A DNA stretch of 64,000 nucleotides from Octopus vulgaris (GCA_951406725.2 OX597815.1:14384001-14448000); one strand, 5' to 3'; shown: positions 15,334-28,633, numbered from the stretch's first letter. The notes: generated by a model from the sequence alone, not told the origin. Numbers and translations: made by a program.

Positions 15334-15774
15334 TATCTATAAAAAATTCCTGAGCATAAAACGCTTTGGAATTAACCACGCCACAACCAGGCGAAGGAAA
15401 AATAAATACAACAGCCGTGATGCCAAATGAAACTTATGTTCAACAGGAAATCTCAAAGTAAGAATTCTTCCAGAAGCCAACCAAAAGATCTTCTATTCCT
15501 GTCCACACAAAGAGTCATTGAAAAAATGTCAGCCCTTGAGCATATCGCGAGACTGAGAACATTCCAGCGGCAATCCAGATATCCATTAAATACCGGGTAT
15601 TTACTTGCGCACTCCGGTACACTAACCGGGCCCTCTAACAACCCTAAAAATCTAAGCCCTTCAGACATTCAGGTATGAGTCCACTGCAACTTGTAGTAGA
15701 AACAGCTGTTAGCTAATGTAGTTCATAACATAACCATCGTTTCTCCCATCATCATTTTTCCTGTGTGTATGAGG

Positions 15775-15976
15775 TGGATACGTGAACCGGTAGAATCGTT
15801 GGCATGCGGGAGAGAATGCATTTCTTCCGGAATTATTTCTAAGTTCAAACATCGCCGAAGTCAACTTAGTCCTTCATCCTTTTGGAGTCGATTAAATAAC
15901 TATCAACTGAGCACTGGAGTCGATGTAATTGACAAGTCCCCTCCCATCAAATTTAAGGCAATGTGCCTATTGGAGA

Positions 15977-16030
<54 letters not shown>

Positions 16031-16040
16031 CAGTAGTAGC

Positions 16041-16100
<60 letters not shown>

Positions 16101-16261
16101 TAGGCGTCGAGCAGAATCGTTAGCACGCTGGACGAAAAGCTTAGCGGTATTTCGCCCTTCGTTACGTTCTGAGATCAAATTCTACCGAGATTGACTTTGC
16201 CTTTCACCCTTAAGTACCAGTGAAACACTGGGGTCAATGTAATCGAAACCATTATTATTAC

Positions 16262-16335
<74 letters not shown>

Positions 16336-16512
16336 AGGCAGCGAGCTGGCAAACTCGTTAGCACGCTAGACGAAATGCTTAGCATGTATTGCGCCCTTCT
16401 GAGTTCGAATTCCGCCAACATCGACTTTGCCTTTCATCCTTTCGGGGTCAATAAATTGAGTACCGGTTAAACGCTGCGGTGGATTTCAGGCCTTGTGCCT
16501 TTAGTAGAAAGG
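15775..16512 (+). mobile_element. Three tandem family A SINE copies separated by (GTA)n tracts
   Basis: Copies at about 15775-15978, 16102-16250 and 16336-16512, all on the same strand. Confidence 0.8.
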
Positions 16513-16548
<36 letters not shown>

Positions 16549-16896
16549 GATTTATATATTTGTTTATTTCTTCATTTATTTATCTATCTATGCAGACAAT
16601 CGCATTACATACGTTTCAAACGAACGTCTTGTCACACTTGAAATAGGTGTAAACGAATCATACTTATGAAGAAATGTGTAAGCTCTAAGTAATATTGTTG
16701 TAAGATAAGTATTTTATTCTTAAAACCCATTTACAACAAATATTTCTATATCTGTATTTCAATATATGTGTATGTGCGCATAGATAAATGTGTGTATATA
16801 TATATATATATTCTCTGTCTTCTTACGCTCTGAGAGGATTTAGGTAAAATTATACAAATGTGTCCGACTGCTTAAATACTATTTAATTATTCATTT

Positions 16897-16984
16897 ATGC
16901 AGCTGAGGATAGCTCTGCATTTAAATTGATGTAATGATTGCATTGTTCAGTTAAATGGAGTCGCTTGAAACGATCGCACTGCAT
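16897..16984 (+). ncRNA. Type-I hammerhead-like motif with extended stem II
   Basis: ATGCAG-CTGAGGA-[long stem II including CATTTAA/TTAAATG]-GAAA-CGATCG-CA-CTGCAT; 6-bp stem I, palindromic stem III; U16.1 is C in this copy. Confidence 0.7.
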
Positions 16985-17553
16985 CACCTCTGGGTATCCT
17001 GCTGCTTATTTTGATATATACATTTTATTCTTTATCTTTTATTAAACTTTTAATACTTTTGATATTTATATATAAGAAAAAAATACATACATATATATAT
17101 ATTTAAAATTTATAAGTTTAAATTATTTAAATAATTTTTTAATTTTTAACTTTTATATTTTTTAATTAATTTTATGTATTGGCTTATGTTTTTCACTGTT
17201 TGATTTGCCTAATAGTGGTTTTTATCTCCAATTTAATATAATATATGTATGTATTTATGTATGTATATATGTATCTATGTATGTATATATGATTAAATAG
17301 GTCACTTCCCAAGCAGGTGTTATCGGATTCGATTCATGTGCACGGCACCTTGTCCAAGTTTTTTATTTCTATAATCTCGGAACGATCAACATTTTGAGAG
17401 TTAGATTTCGTAAACAGAAATTATACGAGGAAATTATACGAAGACCGTTGTACATAATGCCTATATCTATGTAAAACAATGCAATTGTGAAAACAATGTA
17501 ACTGGCGGACGGCTATTAATTGTTTCGAGGCTAACACTTCGTTTATCATACAA

Positions 17554-17636
17554 ACTCTGATGATTCGATTATGCAATTTGATTGTAAGGTATATGCTTGC
17601 ATGAATAGTCTATTAGTCAATGAAACGCGTATGAGT
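17554..17636 (+). ncRNA. Type-I hammerhead-like motif with long stem II
   Basis: ACT-CTGATGA-[stem II including ATGCAA/TTGCAT]-GAAA-CGCG-TA-TGAGT; intact core, palindromic ACGCGT; stem I register imperfect. Confidence 0.6.
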
Positions 17637-17655
17637 ATATCTCCACCGTTGCTGA

Positions 17656-17700
<45 letters not shown>

Positions 17701-17833
17701 ACACATATTTATATCATATTATATATATATATATATCTGTGTGTGTGTGTGTATGCATGTATGTGCATATATGTACATATATTATACACACACACATATA
17801 TATACACATGCAAATATACATATATACATATAT

Positions 17834-17868
<35 letters not shown>

Positions 17869-17894
17869 CATATATATACACATACACACACGCA

Positions 17895-17947
<53 letters not shown>

Positions 17948-18273
17948 CGCACACACACACACATACACTGTTCATGATAACGATATGAACAATGACGAGA
18001 AATTCCGAATAATTCGATTTCTTTTCGCAGATGCATCTTTCGGACAATAAACGAACACACGAAGTGCCGAACATTGGTAATATGTGGTGCCTTATATACC
18101 ACACTGCTTAAATATATGTGATCGTGCGTGCATGTATGCGTGTAGTTATATATACGTATATATATATATATATATATTTGTATATATAGGGAGAGTTCAC
18201 GAAAAAAGACGAAGACAGGAGGTGTAGAAAACAAACAGATGTATTAGTATAACGCTCAGGAATTGAAAAAAGT

Positions 18274-18309
18274 CTTTTACGTTTCGAGCCTACGCTCTTC
18301 TACAGAAAG
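18274..18309 (-). ncRNA. Minimal type-I hammerhead-like motif (family P) in a Penelope-like terminus (about 18188-18465)
   Basis: Minus strand CTTT-CTGTAGA-A-GAGC-GTAG-GCTC-GAAA-CG-TA-AAAG; A6 is T here. Confidence 0.65.
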
Positions 18310-18463
18310 GGACACAGAAAAATCAAGGAGAGAAACAAGGAGAGAAAAAAGAGCGGAAAAAAGGAGAGGGAAAAAGGTGAGAAAAAAGGGAGAGGAAACA
18401 GGAGAGAAAAAAAGGAGAGAAAAACAGAAGAGAAAAAATGTGTGTAGTGGCTAACGATCTATC

Positions 18464-18517
<54 letters not shown>

Positions 18518-18522
18518 TGTAT

Positions 18523-18644
<122 letters not shown>

Positions 18645-19383
18645 CAGATAGATAGATAATGTACAAGAGAAAAGTGGAGTAACAATAATATAAATAATTA
18701 TCTGTATGTGTGTCGCATTCTTGAACATCTTCATGTCTAGCATAATATATTTGAATGTTTACTTTAGAAGAAATATCGGAAGTAATTATGTATAAAATCA
18801 GAGCTGTACTATAATTAATGTGCATCAGTTTGATTTGACACAATCAGCTATCTTGGAGGACATTACGTTATTTTAATGTTTTTGTTTTCTTTAATCACAG
18901 TAATTTATAATTGAAAATTCTTTTATAAATCTATTAATGATTAAATGGCAATATTTATGTGCCGTAGCAAAGACGCCATTACAAGACTAATAATTCATTA
19001 CGATATTTATCAGTACGAATGATAAATTCAACGTTCGAGTTGTGTGAAGAAGAAGAAATAGAAAGAGAAGAAGAAGAAGAAGAAGAAGAAGAAGAAGAAG
19101 AAGAAGAAGAAAAAGAAGAAGAAGAAGAGGAGGAGGAGGAGGAAACAGTAAGGAGAGTGGGAAGTGAAGGAGGGAGGGAGGGAGGGATATAGTTGGCTAA
19201 AAATGAACAATACTTATTGTATGATATTAATATAAAAGCTTTGTTATATAGCTCACTACTTAGTTCAATCAACGGTATCATTAGCATATTAGACGAGAAA
19301 TGCCATTAACAAGACTGCTTCTACTACTACTACTACTACTACTACTAATTCTAATTCCTTCCTTCATCCCCTCATATATATAT

Positions 19384-19470
<87 letters not shown>

Positions 19471-19989
19471 TTCGCTTAGTGATCTGAATTGCCTCTCCAC
19501 ACAAACATACAGGTTAGCCATTTTGTACTGAAGTGTGTCGCATTTAGATTCAACTAGATTTTATTGCTAAACTCATCAATAATTCGCTTGAACCCAACAA
19601 ATGGCAATAATATTCATTATTGAGGAACTATATTTATAGATTTAATGTTGGAGCGGGATGTCATTGGCAGCGGAGAATTGTTACGTAATCTGCAATTCAT
19701 GGATTTTGATGATAATATAACGAAGTAGCGCAGATACATAGGTGGATTGTGAACATGATCATTTGTTTTTATTTTCACATTATCTCATAGAATTAGCCAC
19801 ACCAGGAGAGTTGGATAAACGCATAAAATTTGTTATATCCTTTTACAGCTTAGTATATAATAGAATAGTGTGGGCAGGTATAGATTTTAAAAGGTTGCGG
19901 TCTGGAGGAAAGGATTTGAGTAAGTGCTAAAAGTGAGGTGTTCATGTGAGATATATTATAGATGAGAGGATAAATTACAGAAGCACAAA

Positions 19990-21560
19990 TACACACCAAG
20001 TCTGAAAACACTTCCATCTGTTTCAAGCCATAAGACAACTGGCCGAAACATTGTCCCTTCTGTTATCCACAAATCTTATGATCCAAAGCATCTTACCAAA
20101 CTCCCTAATCACTCTTTCTCTGCAGATTCTTCCTTTGATATTTGAAAACATAAAAGAGCTTTGAAGCAAAGTACAATCACTCTGACCCTGTCAATTAACG
20201 ACCTATCACTTTCATTTCCAAAGTCTCAAAGTTAGGTAAAAGAAAAAGTCATTTGCAGCCACAACATTCAGTCAACATCTTCAGTTTTTCTCTCACCACA
20301 GTGACTATTAGTATAGATTCTGTGGAGCCAGGTATGCTAGAGAGCTGCTTTCTTCTACCATTCATCAGTGTTCTCACAATATTGAGAAATTTATCAAGTG
20401 CGATATCGTTACTTAGAGATCAAGAAAGCATTTGACCATCTGACAAAAGAATATTCAAACTGAACTTCTCGTCTATCTTTTCTTAGTGGGGAGGAGATTA
20501 CTTCCTATCAAACGTACACTCTCAGCCTGCGCTGATGAGTTGCTTTACGACCTACACATTTATCAATCCTGATTTAACACAAAATTCTGTTGCGCCTTCA
20601 AACCTCCTCCTCCTCTACATTAACGACTACTTTAGATACCTCTAACAATTCCTTGTATAATCCCTTGAAACAGAAACTTCATAAACGATCTCAATTAAAA
20701 TTGATTGCTTTGTCTCCTTCAACAGCAATAAATGAGAATGACAGAATCACTGAACACATCAAGGAAACAATCGCATATTTCTTATCTCTAATCTAAATGT
20801 GCAATTAATATGCTAACAGTTGTAACAAATGATGAACACTATAGTCTCTGAAATGTGGTCACAAATACATAACATATCAAGGAATATGTCCAAATCACAA
20901 ACCTTCGTCTTCACTGCCAAAAAAGTGTATTTTTTAACTGAGTCACTAACAACTGATGATTTTCTACAGTATTCAAGTTAAACTCTTAATGGAATATTAT
21001 ACCCACATGTGGTATATTTCTGAAGTTATAAACACAAACATGTTGGACTGCATCAAAAAGAAAACATTGCTTCTTACTGATCGGCAAGGTCACTTTTATC
21101 AATACTCATCAACCTTTGGACCATAGACTTGCTGCTATATACACTGACATTCATTTCACTACTACAATAATTTCTGGTTCTCGGATATGCTACCTCCACT
21201 CAACCATTTATAAACACAAACATGTTGGACTGCATCAAAAAGAAAGCATTGCTTCTTACTGATCAGCAAGGTCACTTTCATCAATACTCATCAACCTTTG
21301 GACCATAGACCTGCTGCTATATACACTGACATTCATTTCTTCCACTACTACAACAATTTCTGGTTCTCGGTTATGCTACCTCCACTCAATCATCTCTCAC
21401 CTTTACAACGCTTAAATTTTTATTTCTTTCCCAAGCCGTGCTCTAACTCACTATTCCCAATCTATTCCCCGTCAAAAAATACATTCACAGGATTTCCCTT
21501 CCAGAACATATTACTTTTCATTAGACGTAAAATTGCACATGTATAAAACTCCTTACTTCT
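19990..21560 (+). mobile_element. Decayed CR1/Jockey-group LINE RT 3' region
   Basis: Broken motifs PVN*RPI, AFD, LDCIKKK, QPLDHR, FHYYN, FFP in LINE C-terminal order; internal 182-bp tandem duplication (21026 and 21208). Confidence 0.55.
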
Positions 21561-21583
21561 GACAATCGTTAAGAATGAACATA

Positions 21584-22921
21584 CACAGACATGACAGAAG
21601 TAAATAGACGCCCTTATAATCGTTAACATTTATTTAAATCTAAAACTATATATCTAAATTATTAATTATTCAATGCAAAGGTCCTATTAGGCTTGTTACT
21701 GATCAGATGCCAAGACATTCCTCCAGAGAATATTCGTCAAGTTTCATACAGTTATCTTAAATGATTTGGATTTGAGGATGATTTCTTGCTATTTTTATGC
21801 CCCAGAATGGGTTCATATTTGGTGACTGGCTTGACCATGGAAGCTTTTTAATGCCATTCTCTTCCAAGCAATCTAGGACCTTTTTAGCCGTGTGACAAGG
21901 TACCCCGTCTTTCATAAATAAAGAGTCTTCTTTAATCATTTCACCAGAAAGGAGTCCTTTCTGCAATATGGACACATATTTATTTGAATTTATGTTTCCC
22001 TCACACTCCACCAGCTCTGATCGATCATTCCTCCAAATTGCTCCCCTTACCATCACAGAATAGCCGCCGTGTTTCAATGTTGGCTGCAATCTTTCCACGT
22101 CAAATTCTTGATCCCAGAGTCTCTAGACCTACACGACCACTGTCAGAAAATACATCAAATTTGGACTCATCATAGAATATGACAGCGTCCCAAAATGCTA
22201 GTGGCCTCTCCGCCATCTCACTGGCCTAATCTTTTCTCCGCTTGATATTGACTGGTCGAAGATGTGGCTTCCTTCTTGATGCTCTGCCATAATAGCCAAA
22301 TTTGTAGAGATACCTTACAGCTGTTCTGGGACTCACATCAACTTGTTTTTCTTTGTCAGAAACCTTCCAATAAGGATTATCCTTTAAACTTTTCTTAACA
22401 AAGCGAAAGTTCCTGCTAGAGGGTCCTGGTCGACCTGGGCGAGGTGATGGAGACTCCTTCTCATCTCTGGTGAATTGCACAATCATTCTATTGATTGTAG
22501 AAAGTGGGATCCCATGTTTTTCTGCAATTTTATGTTGACTACGTCCACCTTTAGATTGACCTACCTATTCTCTTAACGAAGCGAAGGGTCCTGTCAGAGG
22601 GTTCTGGTTGACCTGGCTGAGATGATATGGACTTTTTCCCCTCTGTGGTGAATTGCACAATCACTCTATTAACTGTAGAAAGCGGGATCCCAAGGTTTTC
22701 TGCGATTTTACACTAAGTCCACCTTCAGGTTGACCCACAATATGGCCTCTTTGAAATTCAGACAGTTCCAAGGCTTCTTTTGTACGAGGCATGTTTAAAG
22801 AGTCACACATAAAACCTGAAACATAAAAATGTCAATCAATATAAAAATAACCTTTTTCAAGTTAAATTAAACATCAAACGATATTTTTATGGTCTGTCTA
22901 TTTACTTCTGTCATGTCTCTG
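21584..22921 (-). mobile_element. Tc1-like DNA transposon, full length, decayed transposase
   Basis: TIRs CA(C/G)AGACATGACAGAAGTAAATAGAC, TA on both flanks; peptides PTLKHGG.SVMV.G, FMKDGVPCH, LPWSSQSPNMNP; internal duplication of about 180 bp. Confidence 0.92.
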
Positions 22922-23051
22922 TAGTTGCTAGTTCATAAAAGTAAGAATTACTGTAGTATATGTACAAGAGGGCGAAAGAAGGAACAATTTGTTAGTGTGC
23001 TAATGCTTAATATCGTGATGAATGAAAGTTTGCTTCAAATCAGATATTGTA

Positions 23052-23421
23052 CACAGACATGACAGAAGTAAATAGACAGCCCATAAAATATCTTTTAGTG
23101 TTTAATTTAACTTGAAAAAGGTTATTTTTATATTGATTGACATTTTTATGTTTCGGGTTCTATGTGTGACTCTTTAAACACGCCACATACAAAAGAAGCC
23201 TTGGAACTGTCCGAATTTCAAAGAGGCCATATTGTGGGTCAATCTGAAAGTGGACGTAGTCAACATAAAATTGCAGAAAAACTTGGGATCTCACTTTCTA
23301 CAATTAAAAGAATGATTGTGAAATTCCCCAGAGAGGGGAAGGAGCTCAAATTACCTTCCCTAGGTCGACCAGGACTCTCTAGCAGGTCCCTTCGCTTTGT
23401 TAAGAAAAGTGTAAAGGATAT
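23052..23421 (+). mobile_element. 5' fragment of the same Tc1-like family
   Basis: Same TIR after TA; ORF 23162-23440 begins with an HTH-like segment ELSEFQRGHIVG...IAEKLGIS. Confidence 0.88.
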
Positions 23422-23505
23422 AGTATTTTGGTATGGCTGATGCAAGTTTGTTGATCCAACTACATCAGAGAGTGTATCAGCAGTAACTATTATTATTATT
23501 ATTAT

Positions 23506-23564
<59 letters not shown>

Positions 23565-23666
23565 ATCCAAACATGAACAAAGAGTTAACACAACAACGCA
23601 ACAACGCGAGGACGTGGAACAAGTATAGTGTTATTGGACGCTCGGGAAAGGTAAGAAAGAAGGAGG

Positions 23667-23701
23667 ATTTAACGTTTCGAGCGAAGCTCTTCGTTAGAAA
23701 T
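23667..23701 (-). ncRNA. Minimal hammerhead-like motif (family P), core-mutated, in a terminus at about 23560-23760
   Basis: Minus strand ATTT-CTAACGA-A-GAGC-TTC-GCTC-GAAA-CG-TT-AAAT. Confidence 0.55.
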
Positions 23702-23757
23702 ATAGAAAAGTAGGAAAAGTCCAAGGAAGGGAAGGCGGGGAAAGAAAATCGCCAACG

Positions 23758-23807
<50 letters not shown>

Positions 23808-23812
<5 letters not shown>

Positions 23813-24104
23813 CGTAATCACCGTGGCAGACCAGGCTATCAGATGTTGTTACACATCACTGGTCACAATGCGCTTCGCATTGTTTTAACCTTCAAATGAC
23901 GCCATCCCGCAGGCTAAGCGAGCAGGCCAACAGAAGAAAGAGCGAGAGAAAGTTGTGGCGAAAGAGTGCAGCAGGGATCGCCACCACCCTCTGCCGGAGC
24001 CTCGTTGAGCTTTAGGTGTTTTCGCTCAATAAATACTCACAACACCCAGTCTAGGAAATCGAAACCGCGAGTCCGCTGCCCTAACCACTGGGTCATTGAG
24101 CCTC

Positions 24105-24106
<2 letters not shown>
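23808..24106 (-). mobile_element. tRNA-derived SINE (family C)
   Basis: Head GGAGGCTCAATGACCCAGTGGTTAGGGCAGCGGACTCGCGG shared with 25086-25470; different 3' part. Confidence 0.85.
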
Positions 24107-24160
<54 letters not shown>

Positions 24161-24162
<2 letters not shown>

Positions 24163-24870
24163 ATAATATTAGGGAATAAATCCAAACTTACAGGGAAAAA
24201 TGAGATTTAGGATTAAATCCAATTTTATAGTATAAATATATTATATCATATTATATTTTTCACTTATGTTTTTCACTGTTTGATTTGCCTAATAGTGGTT
24301 TTATCTCTAATTTAATATAATATATATATATATATATATATAAATATTATTAGAGACAAAACCACTATTTTGCAAAACAAACAAGGAAAGACTTAATCAA
24401 TACATAAAATTTTAATAAATAGTCAAAAAAATGTATTGATTAAGTCTTTCCTTGTTTGTTTTGCAAAATAGTGGTTTTGTCTCTAATAATATTTTATAAT
24501 ATTTTACTATAAAATTGGATTTAATCTTAAATCTGATTTTTTCCCTGTAAATTTGGATTTATTCCCTAATATTTATTATTTATATAATATTGATAATTTT
24601 GTATATTGAGTGTAATACCTCAATTTCGTAAATTATGGATTTTACAGGTAAGATAGAACCGCTGTTTTGGGATTCATCTTTGAAAGATATTCCTATTCCT
24701 TCTAGAAAGGAATTTAAAATGTATTGATTAAGTCTTTCCTTGTTTGTTTTGCAAAATAGTGGTTTTGTCTCTAATAATATTTTATAATATTTTACTATAA
24801 AATTGGATTTAATCTTAAATCTGATTTTTTCCCTGTAAATTTGGATTTATTCCCTAATATTTATTATTAT
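24161..24870. mobile_element. Penelope-like element pLTR cluster (inverted plus tandem) with ORF start
   Basis: About 150-bp direct repeat at 24431 and 24719; inverted pieces at 24161-24240 and 24345-24405; between the repeats ATG at 24635 encodes MDFTGKIEPLFWDSSLKDIPIPSRKEFK, resembling the SLKNIPIP N-terminus I recall from PLE ORFs. Confidence 0.7.
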
Positions 24871-25085
24871 ATATATATATATATATACTCGCAGTGATTG
24901 GAACCATTCCCAATACAATTCACGTGCACGTACAGATAGAGTAAGAGGGCGGAGGAGAGAAGTTTAAAGCATGTATAGTTCTGTCATATCGAAGGAAGTA
25001 AAATCCAACGTTTCATTTGTTAAACCCGTACATTCTCAAATATTATTTTATAACCAAAACAGCAACCAAATACTTCTAATACGGG

Positions 25086-25470
25086 TGGAGGCGCAATGGC
25101 CCAGTGGTTAGGGCAGCGGACTCGCGGTCATAGGATCGCGGTTTCGATTCCCAGACCGGGCGTTGTGAGTGTTTATTGAGCGAAAACACCTGAAAAAGCT
25201 CTACGAGGCTCCGGCAGGGGATGGTGGTGATCCCTGCTGTACTCTTTCACCACAACTTTCTCTCACTCTTACTTCCTGTTTCTGTTGTACCTGTATTTTC
25301 AAAGGGCCGGCCTTGTCACTCTCTGTGTCACGCTGAATATCCCCGAGAACTACGTTAAGGGTACACGTGTCTGTGGAGTGCTCAGCCACTTACACGTTAA
25401 TTTCACGAGCAGGCTGTTCCTTTGATTCGGATCAACCGGAACCCTCATCGTCGGAACCGACGGAGTGCTA
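25086..25470 (+). mobile_element. tRNA-derived SINE (family C), full length, with 53-bp flanking duplication
   Basis: A box TGGCCCAGTGG, B box GTTTCGATTCC; 25030-25082 repeated at 25488-25540. Confidence 0.9.
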
Positions 25471-25899
25471 GGAGGAGGGAGGGAGGGACATTCTCAAATA
25501 TTATTTTATAACCAAAACAGCACCCAAATACTTCTATTACATCATTCTACCTTAAAAGAAGGACAAATTAGACGATAAAGTCCTAAATATACGAAGCAAA
25601 AGAACAAATGATCATAGCTCTGACATCTTTGACCTGTGGTGAAAACAGCAACGCCGAAATATAGTCTTTTATAGATTTTTCTTAATTCATTTATTATGGG
25701 TAATTTTCTACAGACAAATGTCAACATTGAAATATATTAAAGTCTAACATAATAAAATTTCGTCAGATTTACTGTTGTCTGTAAGCGTGATAGATTAAAG
25801 TAATTATCTGACTGTATATCAGCCAACACCTGTCTTTGAAGGAATCGGGTACCGTGTTTCTGGCTTTGGTATTGGAGATTGTGGGGAAAAATAAAAAAA

Positions 25900-25940
25900 T
25901 CATTGTTGTTGCTGCTGCTGCTGTTGTTTTTAGTGTTGCT

Positions 25941-25981
<41 letters not shown>

Positions 25982-26008
25982 GCTCGTCGTCGTTAGCGTG
26001 GTTTGCTG

Positions 26009-26039
<31 letters not shown>

Positions 26040-26333
26040 GGATGATGATGATGACGACGACGATGGCGATGACGACCGCAGCGGCGGCGGCGGCGGCGAC
26101 AGCGACAACGATGCCAGCAGTGGTGATGTCGGATTGAAGGAGGAGGTGAAGAAAGTGGAGATGGTGGAGGTGGAGGATGTGAAGGAGATGGAGGAGGAGG
26201 TGGAGGAGATGGAAGAGGAGGAAGTGGAGGAGGGTGACGACGACGAATATGACGACGACAACGAGGACGACGATGATGACAACGATGTTGACGACGACAA
26301 TGACGATGGAGATGATGATGATGATGATGATGT

Positions 26334-26365
<32 letters not shown>

Positions 26366-26387
26366 TTGATGATGTTGATGATGATGG

Positions 26388-26426
<39 letters not shown>

Positions 26427-26530
26427 GGATGATGAGGAGGAGGATGATTATGATGATGATGATGATGAGGAGGAGGAGGAGGAGGAGGAGGATGACGATG
26501 ATGATGGGAGGTGGGATGTGATGGTGCTGA
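25900..26530. repeat. Compound trinucleotide array (GTT, GAT, GAC, GGC, GAG)
   Basis: Visible triplet tracts; explain the poly-L/D/E ORF. Confidence 0.9.
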
Positions 26531-27300
26531 TGCTTATCTTCAGATGAACATTGATCTTGTGTTAAATTAAGTCGTCAGAGTGTCTGGTAGAATGCTTCGC
26601 AGTATTTGTTCCGGCTTTGGGTTCAGATCACGCCGAAGTCAATTTTGCATTTCAGCCAGAGTCGAAAGATAAACAGGGCTGTTTCTCCCCTTTCTACCCC
26701 TTTCCCCGCCCCCCTCTCTCTCTCTCTCTCTCTTTATTTCTCTCCCTCTCTCTCTCTCTCTCTCACGTGCGCTCTCATTGTCTGTCACTCATTCTGACTG
26801 AGCTAGAAGAAACGGTCAAGAAAGGAGCATTCAAATCATCATAACCCCACCTTTTAGCTATAAGTTGCGAACACTATAATAGAGAAAACGTCCTTCATTG
26901 AGCAAATCGATGGTCTAAGGAATTCTAACCACGGCCATCCTTTTTGTCAGTGAACAATTCTAACATCAATATACGTATGTGTGTCTGTGTGTGTATGTGT
27001 GTCTGTGTGTGAGTGTGTGGTCTGTATGTTTGTGTGCATGTCTCTCTGTGTGTGTATATGCACGTGTGTACGCACGCATTTTGAATTTTATTAATGGCTG
27101 CCATACATATTTCTAATTTCTTTTCAGCAATTGTATACTTCAAGATCAACTATACCTCGACAACAATTTCTACGAAATAATATTAGAAATATATGTGTGC
27201 GATTGTATGTGTTGGGGTGTATATATATATAAAGATAAATTGAATATTAATTTTATTAATATCAATTTAAAACCAGTAACCTAGCATATATAAAAAAATC

Positions 27301-27530
27301 GGCGAGCTAGCAGAAACGTTAGCGCGCCGGGCGAAATGCTTAGCAGTATTTCGTGTGTCGTTACCTTCTGAGTTCAAATTCCGTCGAGGTTGACTTTGCC
27401 TTTCATCCTTTCGGGGTCGATAAATAAAGTACCAGTTTCGTACTGGGGTCGATGTAATCGACTTAACCCCTTTGTCTGTCCTTGTTTGTCCCCCTCTGTG
27501 TTTAGCTCCTTGTGGGCAATAAAGAAATAT
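27301..27530 (+). mobile_element. Family A SINE with TSD
   Basis: Full body; TAAAAAAATC at 27291-27300 and 27535-27544. Confidence 0.9.
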
Positions 27531-27566
27531 ATATTAAAAAAATCAGAAAAAGCAGAAAAAATTCCA

Positions 27567-27780
27567 ATACATGTTTATATTTAGGGATAGCCACTAAGTG
27601 GATAACCAATATACTAGAAGAAGATCACATACGATCTAACTACAAAGAAAAGAATGTTCTCTAGAGAAATTCAGCAAACACTAGAACATAAGCTGGCAAG
27701 ACAGTAGTTAGATCGTATGTGATCTTCTTCCAGTATATTGGTTATCCACCTAGTGGTTATCCCTAAATATACACATGTAT
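27567..27780. repeat. Inverted repeat, 77-bp arms, 60-bp spacer
   Basis: 27567-27643 is the near-perfect reverse complement of 27704-27780. Confidence 0.9.
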
Positions 27781-28421
27781 ATATATATTTGTGTGTGTGT
27801 GTGTGTGTGTGTGTGTCTATTTGTGAGTTTATGTTTATCAGTCGAAACTGATATGCAGCATCGCATCCCTTGAACTTAGTCGATAAAAATACATCCAATA
27901 AGCGATTGATAATAAGGACGATGTTATAATTAGCACTGAGGTAGGTTGAAAGGTGTGCTCCAGCATTACCATACTCCATTGAATGAAGCGGGTATGAGAT
28001 TACACCAACGCTGTCTCTACTAAATCTGGCTTTCTCTATACAACAGATACTTTAACAAGCTATGGTTTGCGTTAGATGCCTCAGCCCACCATCTGGTCCT
28101 AAGCTTTCATGGCGTAGCCTAAAGATATTTCATCTATCATAATCGGAATTAATTAGCACTGTTGCCATAGGATACTTGTAAATTCTATGCTTTTACCATT
28201 ATTGCGTGACAGACATCGGTTGCACTCTCTCAATCTCTCCTCCCCTCTCTCTCTCTCTCTCTCTCTATTTTTCTTTGTATCTTTCTCTCGATATGTATAT
28301 ACATACATGTATATATGTGTGTGTACATATATTTGCATACATATAGATGGATACATGCATACAAACACACAAACATAAACACATGCATACATACATTTTT
28401 ATGTGTATATCTCTGTGTATG

Positions 28422-28571
<150 letters not shown>

Positions 28572-28585
28572 GCACACACACACAC

Positions 28586-28633
<48 letters not shown>

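Noticed and set aside
25086-25160. tRNA gene-like sequence (also at other SINE heads)
   Set aside because: A/B boxes run into SINE bodies; no complete cloverleaf or acceptor stem.
25879-26547. ORF resembling a signal peptide plus Asp/Glu-rich biomineral protein
   Set aside because: The hydrophobic stretch is a (TTG)n repeat, the start is GTG, and the body is adjacent triplet microsatellites; would need transcript evidence.
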